The translations under genes were made by a program, and so were the position numbers. Under the pieces are notes generated by a model. That model did no database searches, had not been told where the DNA came from, and was given only the letters and a program-made list of their open reading frames with translations. 64,000 nucleotides of DNA from Octopus sinensis (lineage: Eukaryota), in the NCBI RefSeq assembly GCF_006345805.1, contig NC_043000.1, forward strand, positions 122,760,001 through 122,824,000. Direction: 5' to 3'. Positions 21,383-34,979 of this stretch are shown here, in pieces (the stretch's first letter is position 1; each line of letters starts with the position of its first letter).

Positions 21383-21416
21383 CTGATGAGACATAATACG
21401 TCGAAACATCGGTGAC
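21383..21416 (+). ncRNA. Hammerhead core with canonical CUGAUGA/GAAA and closed stem II, cleavage strand decayed
   Basis: CUGAUGA-GAC/AUAAUAC/GUC-GAAA-CAUCGGUG-A-C, resembling a mutated ACACCGGUGU-C palindrome. Stem I is not evident. Confidence 0.5.
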
Positions 21417-22565
21417 TTCAATTCGCTTGTACTAATGAATCGTCCTAAGTAGAAGTTGCGTTCTAGTGACGAACGCAACAGCGAATAGCATATTTGCATT
21501 CGAATCTGCAGAACCATATTAAGGATAAATATGCAAGCCATCGTTTCGAATCTTGCTATTCACCGTGCATATAACAATTTATTAAGAAATAGCGACGTTA
21601 TATACAAATTAACAATATTTGATGTATTTCACTGCAACGTGCATTAGATTCGTAGTTTAGAGTAAATGATTTCATCCCGGGCTTCATTGTTTTTCTTCTC
21701 CCATAAAACAAGTTCGCGTGGATCTCTAACCTTCTCAACTACATATCAATGTTTACTATATTCAGACTTAGTCCATTAATTCTGTCTACGTGCCTACTCT
21801 AATGGCTATCTCTCTCTCTCTTTCTGTTCTCATTTAAGCTGATCTTTTGCCAAATGGTTGAGACAAGGGAAATTTTCTGTTATTTGCCTATCTTCACAGC
21901 GTTAGTAACTGACTGAGAAATTATTTACGATCAAGCTCTGAATACTTTATCCATTTGACCGTTGTCACTGATAATGAATGAACATCACAGTAATAAGTCA
22001 TATCTTATTCAGGTATTCATTACATTTGTTTTACCATAATGTATATAGGTGAAATATATGAACATAGTCAATATACAATACCCTTTGCTAATGCTGTCTA
22101 GTCCAAAACATATTTAAAACTTTTAGCTTGTTATAATGCACACCACTCCTAGCGCATGCTCCATCTATACACTGAAATTTTCTGAGACATTGTATAATTT
22201 TCTCATTATATACATATATATCACTTTATTCATAGTCACCTCTATTCATATATTCAGTATGATGCTCGAAATTTATCGAACTAATTTGGTTAAACAGATA
22301 ATATTTCAGATCTGGTTAGTATTCAGTAACTGCAACAATTCCAGTGGGAGATTCAGTATTTCAAATAGTGTGACTAATAACAGAGATCCCGTAATGATGT
22401 ATTGAGCAGACAAGTATTGCTCCAGTTCACTTTGATTTCGATGCAATTTTAAACAGCTCTTCCTTTCTTCATAGTAAAATAGCAAAGGAAATAAAATTTT
22501 ATGTTTAACGTAGAAACAGTGACGTTAAAAAATGTATATGCGTATATGAGAATGCCTGAACATAA

Positions 22566-22625
<60 letters not shown>

Positions 22626-22886
22626 GTTTTCACACATATATATCTATATACATATGTATGTATTTGTATGCATAAGCATACATATACACATATTTATATA
22701 CACATATATATATATGTACATTTGTATTTATCTATTTGTATGTGTTTGTGTGAGTTTCTGTGAGCGGGTTTATATATATATATTTATATAAAGATATATA
22801 TATATATATATATGAACATCACATAAAACTTATATATATATATGTGTGTTTATGTGTATGTGTCTATATATATATATTATATATAT

Positions 22887-22932
<46 letters not shown>

Positions 22933-23074
22933 ATATATATATGCATATATACGTATATATATATTCATATATATAAATATATATATATATATATGCATAT
23001 ATGCGTGTATATATATGTATATATATTTACACACACAACACATATACATATATTTTTACACGCACACACACAGC

Positions 23075-23105
<31 letters not shown>

Positions 23106-23381
23106 TATTATGGAGAAAATAATAATATATAGGAGACCCTTGAGTTATCAAACCTGTCAGAATCTTTGCACTGATTTATATCACAGCTTTTAGATGTATC
23201 GGAATCATTTATCAGATTTAGATCGGTTATTAAGAATGAAGTTATATTTCCAGTATAACGACACATAAGATTGCTGATGTCTACAAAGAAAAACGAAACG
23301 AAACCCTGTTATTGAAATATAAAAAATACATTGAATTCATAATCAAGTTATTTGATCATCATTATTATTATTATTATTCAT

Positions 23382-23600
23382 GGCGGTGAGCTGGCAGAAT
23401 CGATGGCATCCGGATAAAATTCTTAGTGCCATTTCATTCGTCTTTATGTTCTAAGTTCAAGTTCCGCTGAGGTTGACTTTGCCATTCGTATTTTGGGGAT
23501 GATAAAATAAGTACCAGTTAAGCACTTGGGTCGTTGTAATCAACTAGTCCACAGTCCCAAAATTTTAGGCCTGTGCCTGTAGAAGAAAGAATTATCATTA
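23382..23600 (+). mobile_element. Old family B-related SINE with (ATT)n tail
   Basis: GGCGGTGAGCTGGCAGAATCG head, AAGTTCAAGTTCC box, GATAAAATAAGTACCAG, and a tail running into ATT repeats. Confidence 0.8.
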
Positions 23601-23615
23601 TTATTATTATTATCA

Positions 23616-25887
23616 TTCAGTAGTTATATTTTTATAGCGTGTTTTCACTTCAGTACCGAGCGCAGCTCTGTGTGCCTTAGGTATGTGCTGTGATTTGTTG
23701 TGATGCTCTGATGGTTATTGTATGGAAAGTGTTCTGCGTAGGATGTGTGCAGTGCCTAGTAGTGCAATTTTCTGTATGCTATATGTGTTTGTAAGTCCTG
23801 GTGTTTTTGTTATGTATTTGTCTGAATATTTTTTTATCATGCCTAATGCACCTACTATGATAGGAATTGTTTCTGTTTTTAGATTCCACATTCTAGTTAC
23901 CTCTATTTCCAGGTCTTTGTATTTTGAAAGTTTCTCCATTTCTTTTAGAGACACGTTGTCATCTGCCGGTATTGATACATCAATTAGAAAGCATTTTTTT
24001 TCTTCATGATCTCTGACAACCATATCTGGTCTGTTGGCCTTAATTTCTCTATCTGTGTGTCTTTAATAGTGTTTCCAGCTGTTTGTCATTTGCAGCGTAT
24101 AGTTTTAGGTCATCCATATATAAAAGGTGGCTGATCGTTTTGGCGTAACATTTATATCCGCATCCAGTTCTATTTAGCATATCAAATAGAGGTGACAGTG
24201 CCAAGCAGAAAGGGAGTGGGGAGAGCGTGTCTCCCTGGAATATTCCTCTTCTAATGGGGATGGTTTTGGTTTTCATGAGTCCCTCTTTTGTTTGGAGCTG
24301 TAGCACTGTTTCTCATTTATTCATAGAGTGCCCTATGAATTTTATGATTGTTGGTGCTACTTTGTTAATGACTAGTGTTTCGAGGATCTATGTGTGGGGG
24401 ATGCTATCAAACGCCTTTTTTTAGTCGATCCAGGCCATACTGAGGCCTTTCTTCTTTCTGTGGCTGTCTTCAGTTATGGCTTTATTAATCATTAGTTGAT
24501 CTTTACAGCCATATGAGCCTTTGCGGCATCCTTTCTGCTCTTCTGGAAACAGGTTGTTTTCGTCCAGGTGCTTGTTCAACCTTTGCGATATCACTGCAGT
24601 AAATGCCTTGTACATTGTAGGGAGACAGATCATTGGTCTGTAGTTTTCTGGTTTTGCTGTCTCATTTGATTTGGGAATTAAGATGGTTTTCCCCTTCGTG
24701 AGCCATTCAGGCATTGTCTCTGGCTCTGCTAGCATACTGTTAAGGTTTTCAGCCAGCTTTTTGTGCATTCCTGTTAGATATTTCAACCAGGAGTTGGGGA
24801 TCTTGTCATGCCCAGGTGCCTTCCAGTTGCTCAGTTTTTGCAGTGCCTGGGTGACCTCTTCAGTTGTTATGGGGGTCCAAAGTTGCTCAGATGCTGAGTT
24901 TATTGTTTTGATACTTCTTTTTTTTTTTTTTTGGCTGTTCGTTCGCCGACCATATTTCTCTCCAGAATTCTTCCACTTCTTCTACCGTTGGTGCTGCAGT
25001 GTTCTTTTTTATTTTTGCCAAGTTCTTGGTAGAACTTTTTGGGGTTGGAGTTGAACTTTTTGTTTTGTTCAAAGAAGCGCTGGCGTTTCTCGTACCGGCG
25101 GATCCTTTGTGCTTTGGCAAGGATATCTTGCTTCAGCTTTTCTTTTATCTCAGGTAAATCTTTTTCTGTGATGTTATATTTGCGGAGTATTTTTGTTTTC
25201 TTTTTGTTGCTCAGTAGCGTTGATTGTCTACTGATTTCATTAAGAATCGACATACCTTTTCTCATTTTTTGTATTTTGCTTTGGATGTTATTTATTGTTT
25301 GGGTGGTGGTACTCCTGTTTGGATGGGTTTGAGTGAGTATCCAGCTTCTTTTGTGGCTGCAGTGGTTGCTGCGTATACTAAGTCATTTAGCTTAGTGATA
25401 TCGCTTTTTGTTTCAGTGGCTATTAGTTCAGTGACGGCTAGGTTTATGCTGTTTATAATTGGTGTTGTTGTTTCGTCTATTTTGATTTTTGGGAGATATG
25501 GTCGGTGGTCCATTTTGAGCTCTGTGGTTTTCATTTCTTTGATTATTTTACTTTTTATATTATCATAATCATTAGGCTCCCCTTTGTTGTCTCTAGGTTT
25601 TAGATTTGTGCCGCTTTCTTTCTTATTTATATGTTTGTTTGCCGTGTTTTGGCTTGCTGTTTGTCGTGTATTATTATGCATCCTTACGGTCTGGGTTTGT
25701 TGTTTTTTGTTTACATCGTGTTTGTTGGGAATGTTACGTTTGTCTTCGTGTTTTACGGTTTCAGTGTTTATATTATCGGGCATTGTTGTGTGGCTTCTAT
25801 CTACATTTTCCTGGTGTATTTTTTCTTTTAGACGTTCTATTTCTATTTCTGATATTTTTTTTTGCGTTGAGAATGTACGTTAGCTAG

Positions 25888-25889
<2 letters not shown>
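23616..25889 (-). mobile_element. R4-clade (Dong-like) non-LTR retrotransposon, 5'-truncated and internally deleted
   Basis: RT motifs KAPGHDKI, NYRPMICL, EQKGCRKGSYGCKDQL, GIFQGDTLSP, YMDDLKL. Restriction-like endonuclease RPDMVV..CFLIDVSIP..KLSKYKDL. Flanked on both sides by (ATT)n. Several frameshifts. Confidence 0.95.
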
Positions 25890-25933
<44 letters not shown>

Positions 25934-26190
25934 GGCAGCAAAGGAAGATGGCGATATGGCAGAGTCATTTAGCACACAGACCGAGTTTCTTAGAGGTATT
26001 TCGCCCGTCGTAACATGCTGAGTTAACATTATGCCAAGAAATATTACTTTAACAAGTTTCAAATCATTTCTTTTGTGCCGTAAACAACTAATCATTTCTT
26101 TAGTGCCTCTCCCTATCGCCGCCCTAAGCACGTGCATATTTTGCTCAATGGTTGATCCACCGCTGTTTATGACATCATCAACAACCCTAA

Positions 26191-26404
26191 GGCGGTGAGC
26201 TGGCAGAAACGTTAGCACGCCGGGCGAAATGCTTTGCGGTATTTCGTCTGCTGTTACCTCTGAGTCCAAATTCCGCCTTTCATCCCTTCGGGGTCGATTA
26301 AATAAGTATTAGTTACACATTGGGGTCGATATAATCGATTTAATCCGTTTGTCTGCCCTTGTTTGTCCTCTCTATGTTGAGCCCCTTGTGGGTAGTAAAG
26401 AAAT
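26191..26404 (+). mobile_element. Family B SINE, monomeric form
   Basis: Head plus a single unit ending GGGTAGTAAAGAAAT. Confidence 0.88.
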
Positions 26405-26831
26405 GGAATACTTATGTGTCCTGTTCCTCACTGAAGGAAGCAGAAAGCGATCTGAGTGAGATTTAACTGCGGACTGACTGGATTTAATATTCGCCTTTGT
26501 ATATTCTCAAATGCAACATGGTTCCATCAAAAGCACTCCAGTTATGACCACTCTGTCTACATAAGTGTATCTAGACGTACATTATTTAATGGGGTCTTTG
26601 TTTTCTTTTGAGGCATACATTTTTGTTCGTACTGTATTTCGGGTTGTCGTTCTATGCTGCTGGAATACTGACGGGAATCTTATTTTATCGGAGAATATTT
26701 AGATTTTCAGTCCCAATAGTTCACGATGAATTAATTGAGATTTTATGAATATTCATCAAGAAACGAGTTGAAAGCTGAGTTAATACTTCGTTTAAAACCA
26801 TGCATACGATATGTGCATAGCATACATACTT

Positions 26832-26866
<35 letters not shown>

Positions 26867-27084
26867 CATACACAAATACACGTATGTATACACACACACA
26901 TATATACGTATTCATATATTTAAATGCTTATACATATATATGTGAATATATAAACATATAGATATACAAATATACACTCATATATTTATATGAATATATA
27001 CGTATGTATATATATGTGTGTGTGTGTATGTGTGTGTGTGTGCGTATGAACAAATACATAGATAAACAAATAGACACAACACAT

Positions 27085-27103
27085 ACAGACAGACAGAGAG
27101 ACG

Positions 27104-27141
<38 letters not shown>

Positions 27142-27149
27142 TAGATAAG

Positions 27150-27239
<90 letters not shown>

Positions 27240-27240
27240 T
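27085..27240. repeat. (AGAC)n/(AGAT)n tetranucleotide microsatellite
   Basis: Directly visible; similar tracts lie at 36172-36431 and 44875-45010. Confidence 0.92.
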
Positions 27241-27706
27241 GTATGTATGTATGCATGCATTTGTCATGTACATATGCATGTATAGATATGTTTACTTATT
27301 AACTATCTTGTTGATCTTATAATCTGAGTATATTAGCAAAGATATACATTGAAATCTCTCTGAAATGGGGATTGTAATTAAAGATTAGAATATTCCTGAT
27401 AATTAGTTTTAATGCACAATCTATATTTCCAGTAGTTATAATATATACACTGCATTTCAAGTTGTTTAATCTCCAATTGCATTTTAATTTGTAAAGGTGA
27501 ATTCTAAGAGTGGGCCTAAGAGTGGATTCAAATTGTAAGCCTTCATTTGTTAACTAAAAGTAATTATGTCATTGTTCTGTATGTCATTGGAATATTTCTT
27601 CTATCTTTTACTTGCTTCAGTTATTGGACTACAGCCATGCTAGAACACCGCCTGAAAGGGTCTGGTCGAACAACCCTGGTACTTATTTGTAACGTTTAAG
27701 CTTTGT

Positions 27707-28126
27707 TATTTCTTTTTTGCCCACTTGGGGCTAAACATAGAGTGGACAAACAAGGACAGACAAAGGGGTTTACGTTGATTACATCGATCCCAGTGCGTAA
27801 CTGGTACTTAATTTATCGACCCCGAAAGGATGAAAGGCAAAGTCGAACTCGGCGGAATTTGAACTCAGAACGTAACAGCAGACGAAATACTTATTTCTTT
27901 ACTTCCCACAAGAGGCTAAACACAGCGGGGACAAACAAGGACAGACAAAGGGATTAAGTTGATTATATCGATCCCAGTGCGTAACTGGTACTTATTTAAT
28001 TGACCCCGAAAGGATGAAAGGCAAAGTCGACCTCGGCGGAATTTGAACTCAGAACGTAACGGCAGACGAAATACCTCTAAGCATTTCGCCCGGCGTGCTA
28101 ACGTTTCTGCCAGCTCGCCGCCTTTC
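27707..28126 (-). mobile_element. Family B SINE, dimeric, nested in an older family A tail
   Basis: 10-bp TSD TAAGCTTTGT at 27697-27706 and 28127-28136; two units. Confidence 0.92.
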
Positions 28127-28172
28127 TAAGCTTTGTACTGTTATCAAACTCCTCTTACCGAACCGATAGTTT

Positions 28173-28442
28173 TTGTTTGTTTGTTCCCTTTCGAGCCATG
28201 CCTGGCTCATAAGGGATGGTTTCCCTGTTTCCTTGGCGTATAGGTTCCCCATCTGGACGGGACACCGGTCCGTCGCAGGTGACCTGCAAGATCCAGGAGG
28301 AAAGATCGAGAGAAAGTTGTGGCGAAAGCGTCAGCAGGGGTCCGCCATTACCTTCTGCCGGAGCCGCGTGGAGCTTAGGTGTTTCGCGCATAAACACCGA
28401 CCGCGAGTCCGCTGCTCTAACCACTAGGCCATGTGCCTCCAC
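28173..28442 (-). mobile_element. tRNA-derived SINE, working family C2
   Basis: 12-bp TSD AACCGATAGTTT at 28161-28172 and 28443-28454. Head GGAGGCACATGGCCTAGTGGTTAGAGCAGCGG. Confidence 0.92.
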
Positions 28443-28824
28443 AACCGATAGTTTCGGAGAATGTAAAAAAAAAAACGACACCTGTTTTTAATCCATGTGG
28501 AGGGACAATGGCGGATGCGCATACACAAAATACATACATAGGTTCCTCTCTCGTGAATAATCGGCAGAAGATAAAGTGTGACTCAAAGAGCGAGATTTTG
28601 ATAAGTTCCAACGCACGACAATCTTTGGCTCATGAGACACTCTGTAACCTCAGCCGATTACTACTAAAAAAGCAAACGGATATATGCTCATATTTTTAAT
28701 TATATTTTCCTTTTTGCCTCACAAAACCTACATATCCAGATACACACACATGTGCACACACATACACGCACGCACATACACATACACACACATGCAAACA
28801 TATACTTATGAATATGCATATCCT

Positions 28825-29030
28825 TTATTTTCTTCTAATTTGTTTCAATTATTCGACTGCGGCTGTGTTGGGGCGCGACCCCTTTAAAGGATTTTATCCG
28901 AATGAATCAACCCCAGTACTTATATTTAAGCCTGGCATTTATGTTGAAATCGATTGCCGAACGGGGACATCAACACACCAACACTTGCTATCAAACCGTT
29001 GTAGGGGTCAAACATAGGCAAAAACTCTCA
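28825..29030 (-). mobile_element. Old family A-like SINE 3' half (a probable 5' half lies at ~29440-29525)
   Basis: GTTTCAATTATTCGACTGCGGC..., ACCCAGAACCATGTG..CCACACAGCCAC. Confidence 0.55.
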
Positions 29031-29055
29031 CATACATACATACAAATATACATAC

Positions 29056-29086
<31 letters not shown>

Positions 29087-31409
29087 AATATGCCCGCCAC
29101 TGATTTTTGCTCTTTTGGGGCATCATGGAAGGGGAATACAAACACCAAAAATCAGCGGCAAGCAGAGTCTTCTTGATAAGTTTAGTAACATCTATGCTGG
29201 AGTAGAGACATGTTCTTTGTCTATCTCCTTAACCTCTTGGAGATTTTAGGTATAATTATACTAATGTGTACATCTGTTCAAATTTAACTAAATTCTATGT
29301 CTTTGTGCAGTTGAAGATTGCACTATATTTTAAATTGATGTAATGATTGCATTGTTCAATTAAATGGAGTTGCATGAAACGATGGTACTGCATTACCTCT
29401 GTATATCCTTGCTGCTTATTTTAACTCGAGTCTGTAATAAAACACACTTGACCAAGTTTCCACACAATGGTACTCAACCCAGAACCATGTGATTGAGGAG
29501 CACACGTCCTTCCACACAGCCACGTAATTTCCAGACGGTCTCCGTCAACAAAATTTACTCACAAAGCATTACTCAGCCTGGTGCTACAAGAGAAAACGCT
29601 TGCCTTGTCAATCGCGCGCCGGGACAGATTCCAAAACCACATAACATCAAACTGATCTTCTTAACCACACAGCTGTACACACGCCTCATGTGTGCACATA
29701 TCTGTGAGATATTTTTAAAATTAACATCCCACATATATGTTGAGTTTCATCTGAATTATTATCTCCAAAATATATTATTTTTAGAACGTGGTTTCTCAAG
29801 AACGGGAATAGATTAATAATTTATCTATTTCAAATTAGCAACATGGTAACAACAGATCAGCTTACCAAAGCCTTTAACATTCGTAAAAGTCAAATGTTTT
29901 GAATAAGCGATTTGGTGGTTAGAGATTAGTACTTATACGTTACATAAGCGACACAAATAAAATAATTTAATTGCAATTGAGAAGTTATGTACACACACAT
30001 ACATCCACGAATGCATACGCACACACACACATGCTCAAACATACACGCTTACGCCCACGCACATATACAAGCACACACGCACACGCACATACGTGTGTAT
30101 GCTTGTATCTGTGCGTCTAGGTGCGGTGTGTGTGTGTGTATTTGTTAATCGTAAGAAACGTGAGGAAAAGTAATCAATACCGTAAGAGAATGTAATAATT
30201 TAAGCTGATTCAGAGCTTAATACACACTCACACACACGTACACACACACGCACACGCATACATACACACAGCAGAAAGACACACGACATATATGAATAGC
30301 TATGTATATAATGTATATTTATATACACACACATACACACAAACACGCACGCACACACACCCACACATATATACAAATATAAATATATATGCATATATAT
30401 ATACATACATATACACACACGCGCATATATATATATATGTATATATTTATATGTGTATGTGTATATATATGTGTGTGTGTGTGTATGTATTTACCTATAC
30501 AATATCACATAAGTACATATGCATGTATGTGCGGATGGATGGAAACGCTAACGTCTGCCAGTCCCACTGAAATTGCAGGCCTTGTGCCAAAATTTGAAAC
30601 CAATATTATAGGCTGCATAATCTGTAGGCTAGTGATTGTAGAGTGTTGGCGAATAACTCTGACCTGCAGCTGGATGGCCAAATTTTCGAAGCGGTGTGAA
30701 CTTTCCTTGGCACGTCTACTCCAACAAAAATTCGGATGAAATGCTTTCTGCCTACCATGTATATGTGTGCTTAGAAAACACTTCAGAATTATATTCAAAT
30801 ACATAACCAAAATAATTTGTCTAGAACGGATCAATAACAATTACATTTGCTATCAATCTGAAAGGTGTGGGTTTTGAAATCCAAGAAAGGAAGAAATAAG
30901 AAAAAAATTGATGCAGGAAGGATATCAGAATAATGCCGGCAAAACATCTTAATGTGCCAAGCTATTGAAACTCTCCTTGAAGTGTTGGTAACACAGAAGA
31001 TATAACCTATATCATAAGGAGCCATCGGAAAATATCGCCCGGATTCTATCTGTCTATGATACGTTATGTCGTGACTAAAGCATATATAAAGTAATTCATA
31101 GGTATAGTCATGAAGAGCAGCCTATAAGAATTTACACTTATTCAGAGGCTACGCGAAGTTATAATAAGAAAGCTTACTAGGCGGATGTTCCTCTCAAAAT
31201 CTTTTGAAAATGAAAGCGCAGAACAAAGGACATAATGATCTGCGAGAGAGAATATCAAGGTATGATATTAAAGATTAAAGTATCATATTAAAGATTTGTT
31301 CCCCAGTTAAGTTTAAAATAATCGTAAAGATAAAAGCAGCGACATTAACTGGGGTATACTAATGATAAATCTTTCGACATGCAGAAGTATTCTAATTTTA
31401 GATTCAAAT

Positions 31410-31662
31410 CGGTAAGTTAGGGGAACATAAACACACCAACACCGGTTGGCAAGAGGTGGTGGGACACACACACACATACATAATATATACATATACACAA
31501 TGGGATTCTTTCAATTTCCATCTACCATATCCACTCGCACGGCTTTGGTTATCCCGAGCCTATAGTAAAAGACACTCACGCAATGTTCCACGCAGTGGAA
31601 CTGAACCTGATGCATGTGGTTGGAAAGCAAGCATCTTACCACAGAGCCACATCTGCGCCTAT
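31410..31662 (-). mobile_element. Family A SINE, diverged
   Basis: AAACACACCAACACCGGTTG..., TTTCCATCTACC..., CTTACCACAGAGCCACATCTGCGCCT. Confidence 0.75.
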
Positions 31663-31764
31663 ACATATTTTTTCTCCTGTCGTACGTAATCGTATATAAC
31701 ACCGTTTCATTCTTATCAGAAATTGTCAGCATGATACAACCCTAGGGCAAATAAATAAGATTGT

Positions 31765-31940
31765 CACTCATCTGTCTCGTTTTATGACTACGAAGATGAC
31801 TCATGAGTCCAGCTTTACTGAGGCAGGGTCTTGCACAGACATTGCATGTCAGAATCAAAGGAAGCCCCTTCCCTTCTGGAAGTGTAACAGCGATGCCCTT
31901 CTTGACATCCCTCCTTACTTTCTCATGTGCAACTCGAGAC
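31765..31940 (-). mobile_element. RTE-type LINE 3' zinc-finger fragment
   Basis: SRVAHEKVRRDVKK..CNVCARPCLSKAGLMSHLRSH, homologous in style to 7800-7900; abuts (TATG)n. Confidence 0.7.
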
Positions 31941-32499
31941 TTACATACATACATACATACATATAGACACCACAAAACGTGCATGCTTGTGCACGTACAT
32001 GTGTATGTGTGTGTCAACATATGTATGTCAGTGGTATGAATGCATACGCATACATATATGTACAGATGAACAAGCTTACACAAGTTTGCAGTTAGCAATA
32101 TGCAACATACATACAAAGTTACAGACAAACATGTATAAAAACCAAATGGTTATTGCTTACAGAAATAAGGCTCTGAGAAAAGAATCTTATTTCTGGGCTT
32201 GTTATCAATGCTTTCTATATTAGTGAGAAATTCGAAAATATATACCCAATGCTTCATTCCAATTATCTCATTGTCGACATCTCATACATGCACGTATACA
32301 CACACAAGAGTAATGTAGTTGTTCAAAGACGAAATGTTTATGTTGGAGGTTGTTATCCAGTGAAAGATATATTCAACATTCTGAGGAAAATTTAAAATGT
32401 CACATAATCTATATTGCCAATTAAAGTAATCTATTTCCAAATGTTTATACACGGCACACATACACAAATACATACATACTTACATACATACATACATAC

Positions 32500-32531
<32 letters not shown>

Positions 32532-32535
32532 ATAC

Positions 32536-32566
<31 letters not shown>

Positions 32567-32575
32567 CATACATGC

Positions 32576-32608
<33 letters not shown>

Positions 32609-32893
32609 GTATATATATATACATATATATACATTTATATATATAATATATATATATTATATATATACATATGTATGTATGCACATATATATACACATAT
32701 ATAAACACACATATAACTAATTATATGTATAGATGCATATATGTGTGTGTGTGTGCGCGCGAGCGTATGTATGTATGTATTTATGTATGTATAAATACAC
32801 ACATATGTATACACATACAAATTTATATACATATATATATGTACATATACATGTTTATATATGTATTTATATATATGTATGTATGTATGTATG

Positions 32894-32969
<76 letters not shown>

Positions 32970-33016
32970 CATATATATACATAAACACACGCACAGAAGC
33001 ACATACATATATATAG

Positions 33017-33056
<40 letters not shown>

Positions 33057-33795
33057 TATACTCACACACATTCATATATTATATATATATATATACACAA
33101 CCCATGAATCAAATCAAAACTTTCTACACGGACACCAATAATTACTTTAAATTAAGTCTGGACACCGAAGAATTGAACCATCGGTTTTTTTCTAGCTGCA
33201 TTGTTTGATAATATTGATGTGTCTATACGAGCCGACAATGCTACATCTACCAATTAGCGCTTTGATTGGCGGAGAGCGTAGACTAAGACAATATTTGAAC
33301 ATGTTTGTTTGCGTGACACTAACATTGCTGCAGGAGTAATGATGTGGAGAGTGAAGTGACTAAGTAATAGCTTGAACAGTTAGATGTAAGAAACACTATT
33401 TTAGGAGACATGCAACTCATATTATGACAATTTCTAGCTTTTTACGAAGAATGAACTGTCTTCTGCATCAGCAAGAGATATTGTGCTCTAATAGGCAGCT
33501 ATTGTAATTGTTTTCTCAAGAGAACCAAGTCAGATTGATTCCTTGCGTTCGTGTCGCTAAAATAACATTCTTGGTTCTAGTTTATCAGCAGCTCAATTAT
33601 TAGAAAGATGTGAATATATAATATTTAAACATATAAAAACCGTGCCGTACAGACTTAAAAGTCGAGTGTTGTTCTTTCGAACTATAAAGAATCGCTAACA
33701 CTCCAAAGGGACCAATTACATTCTTTACCGCAACAAGCTGCAAGGAGAAACATAACACAAAAATAAAAATAGCAAAGGCAGCAGCAGCAATAATG

Positions 33796-33846
<51 letters not shown>

Positions 33847-34561
33847 GTAATATCCTTGAGTTCTTTAATGTGTACCTCACCTGACTTAGTTTAATTAATC
33901 TCATGAATCAAGGGTTTTAATGAACAGAATTATCTTGGAATTGATGAGATACGAATCTAGATTTGTGACTCTCTGGAGCATCATTATCGATTTCATTGCA
34001 GTTTCTTTATGGAACGACATCATTAACTCTCCTTCCAGTGTAGGGCCGTTATTTATAGGGCCATCTTGTAAGTTAACTGTTCTTAACATTAATAGCAATT
34101 GTTTTACATGATAATGTTTACGCATGATACAGCGAGGCACGTGATTTAATGCAAACGGCAATAACAGAAAATGTATTTAGAGTTGCTATAAAATTATTTT
34201 GAAGGAACGATGGGGCGAACTTCGGAGCGATTGTAAGAACTGAAGAATAACTATTTCTAATATTATTCGGGTTTGTAATCTTTAATGTAATCACAACCAA
34301 GCCTTTCTTGTCAGATTACACGCAAACTATAGAAACCCGCTATCTGTAGAATTAATTGTACAGTTTAAAGCATCTAAATTATGTCTCTCCGGCAAAGATC
34401 CGATATACTCTAGCATTATGGAGACAAATGCTTTAGTTCGATAATTAAAGACTTTGCAACGATAAAACCATTGTCTTCGGAGTAATAGACCCTCGGTTGG
34501 ACTAGAAGATCAAATTGTTTAAAGATTCTATGTTCAAACTCTAGTTTAGCTGAAGAATATC

Positions 34562-34979
34562 TATTTCTTTACTGCCCACAAGGGGCTACATACAGAGGGG
34601 ACAAACAAGGACAGACAAACGGATTAAGTCGATTACATCGACCCCAGTGCGTAACTGGTACTTAATTTATCGACCCCGAAAGCGTAAAAGGCAAAGTCGA
34701 CCTCGGTGGAATTTGAACTCAGAACGTAGCAGCAGACGAAATACCGATTTCTTTACTACCCACAAGGGACTAAACACGGAGCGGACAAACAAGGACAGAC
34801 AAACGGATTAAGTCGATTATAATCACCCCAGTGCGTAACTGGTACTTATTTAATCGACAACGAAAGGATGAAAGGCAAAGTCGACCTCGGTGGAATTTGA
34901 ACTCAGAACGTAGCGGCAGACGAAATACGGCTACGCATTTTGCCCGGCGTCCTAACGATTCTGCTAGCTCGCCGCCTTA
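34562..34979 (-). mobile_element. Family B SINE, dimeric
   Basis: 17-bp TSD TTTAGCTGAAGAATATC at 34545-34561 and 34980-34996; two units. Confidence 0.94.
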
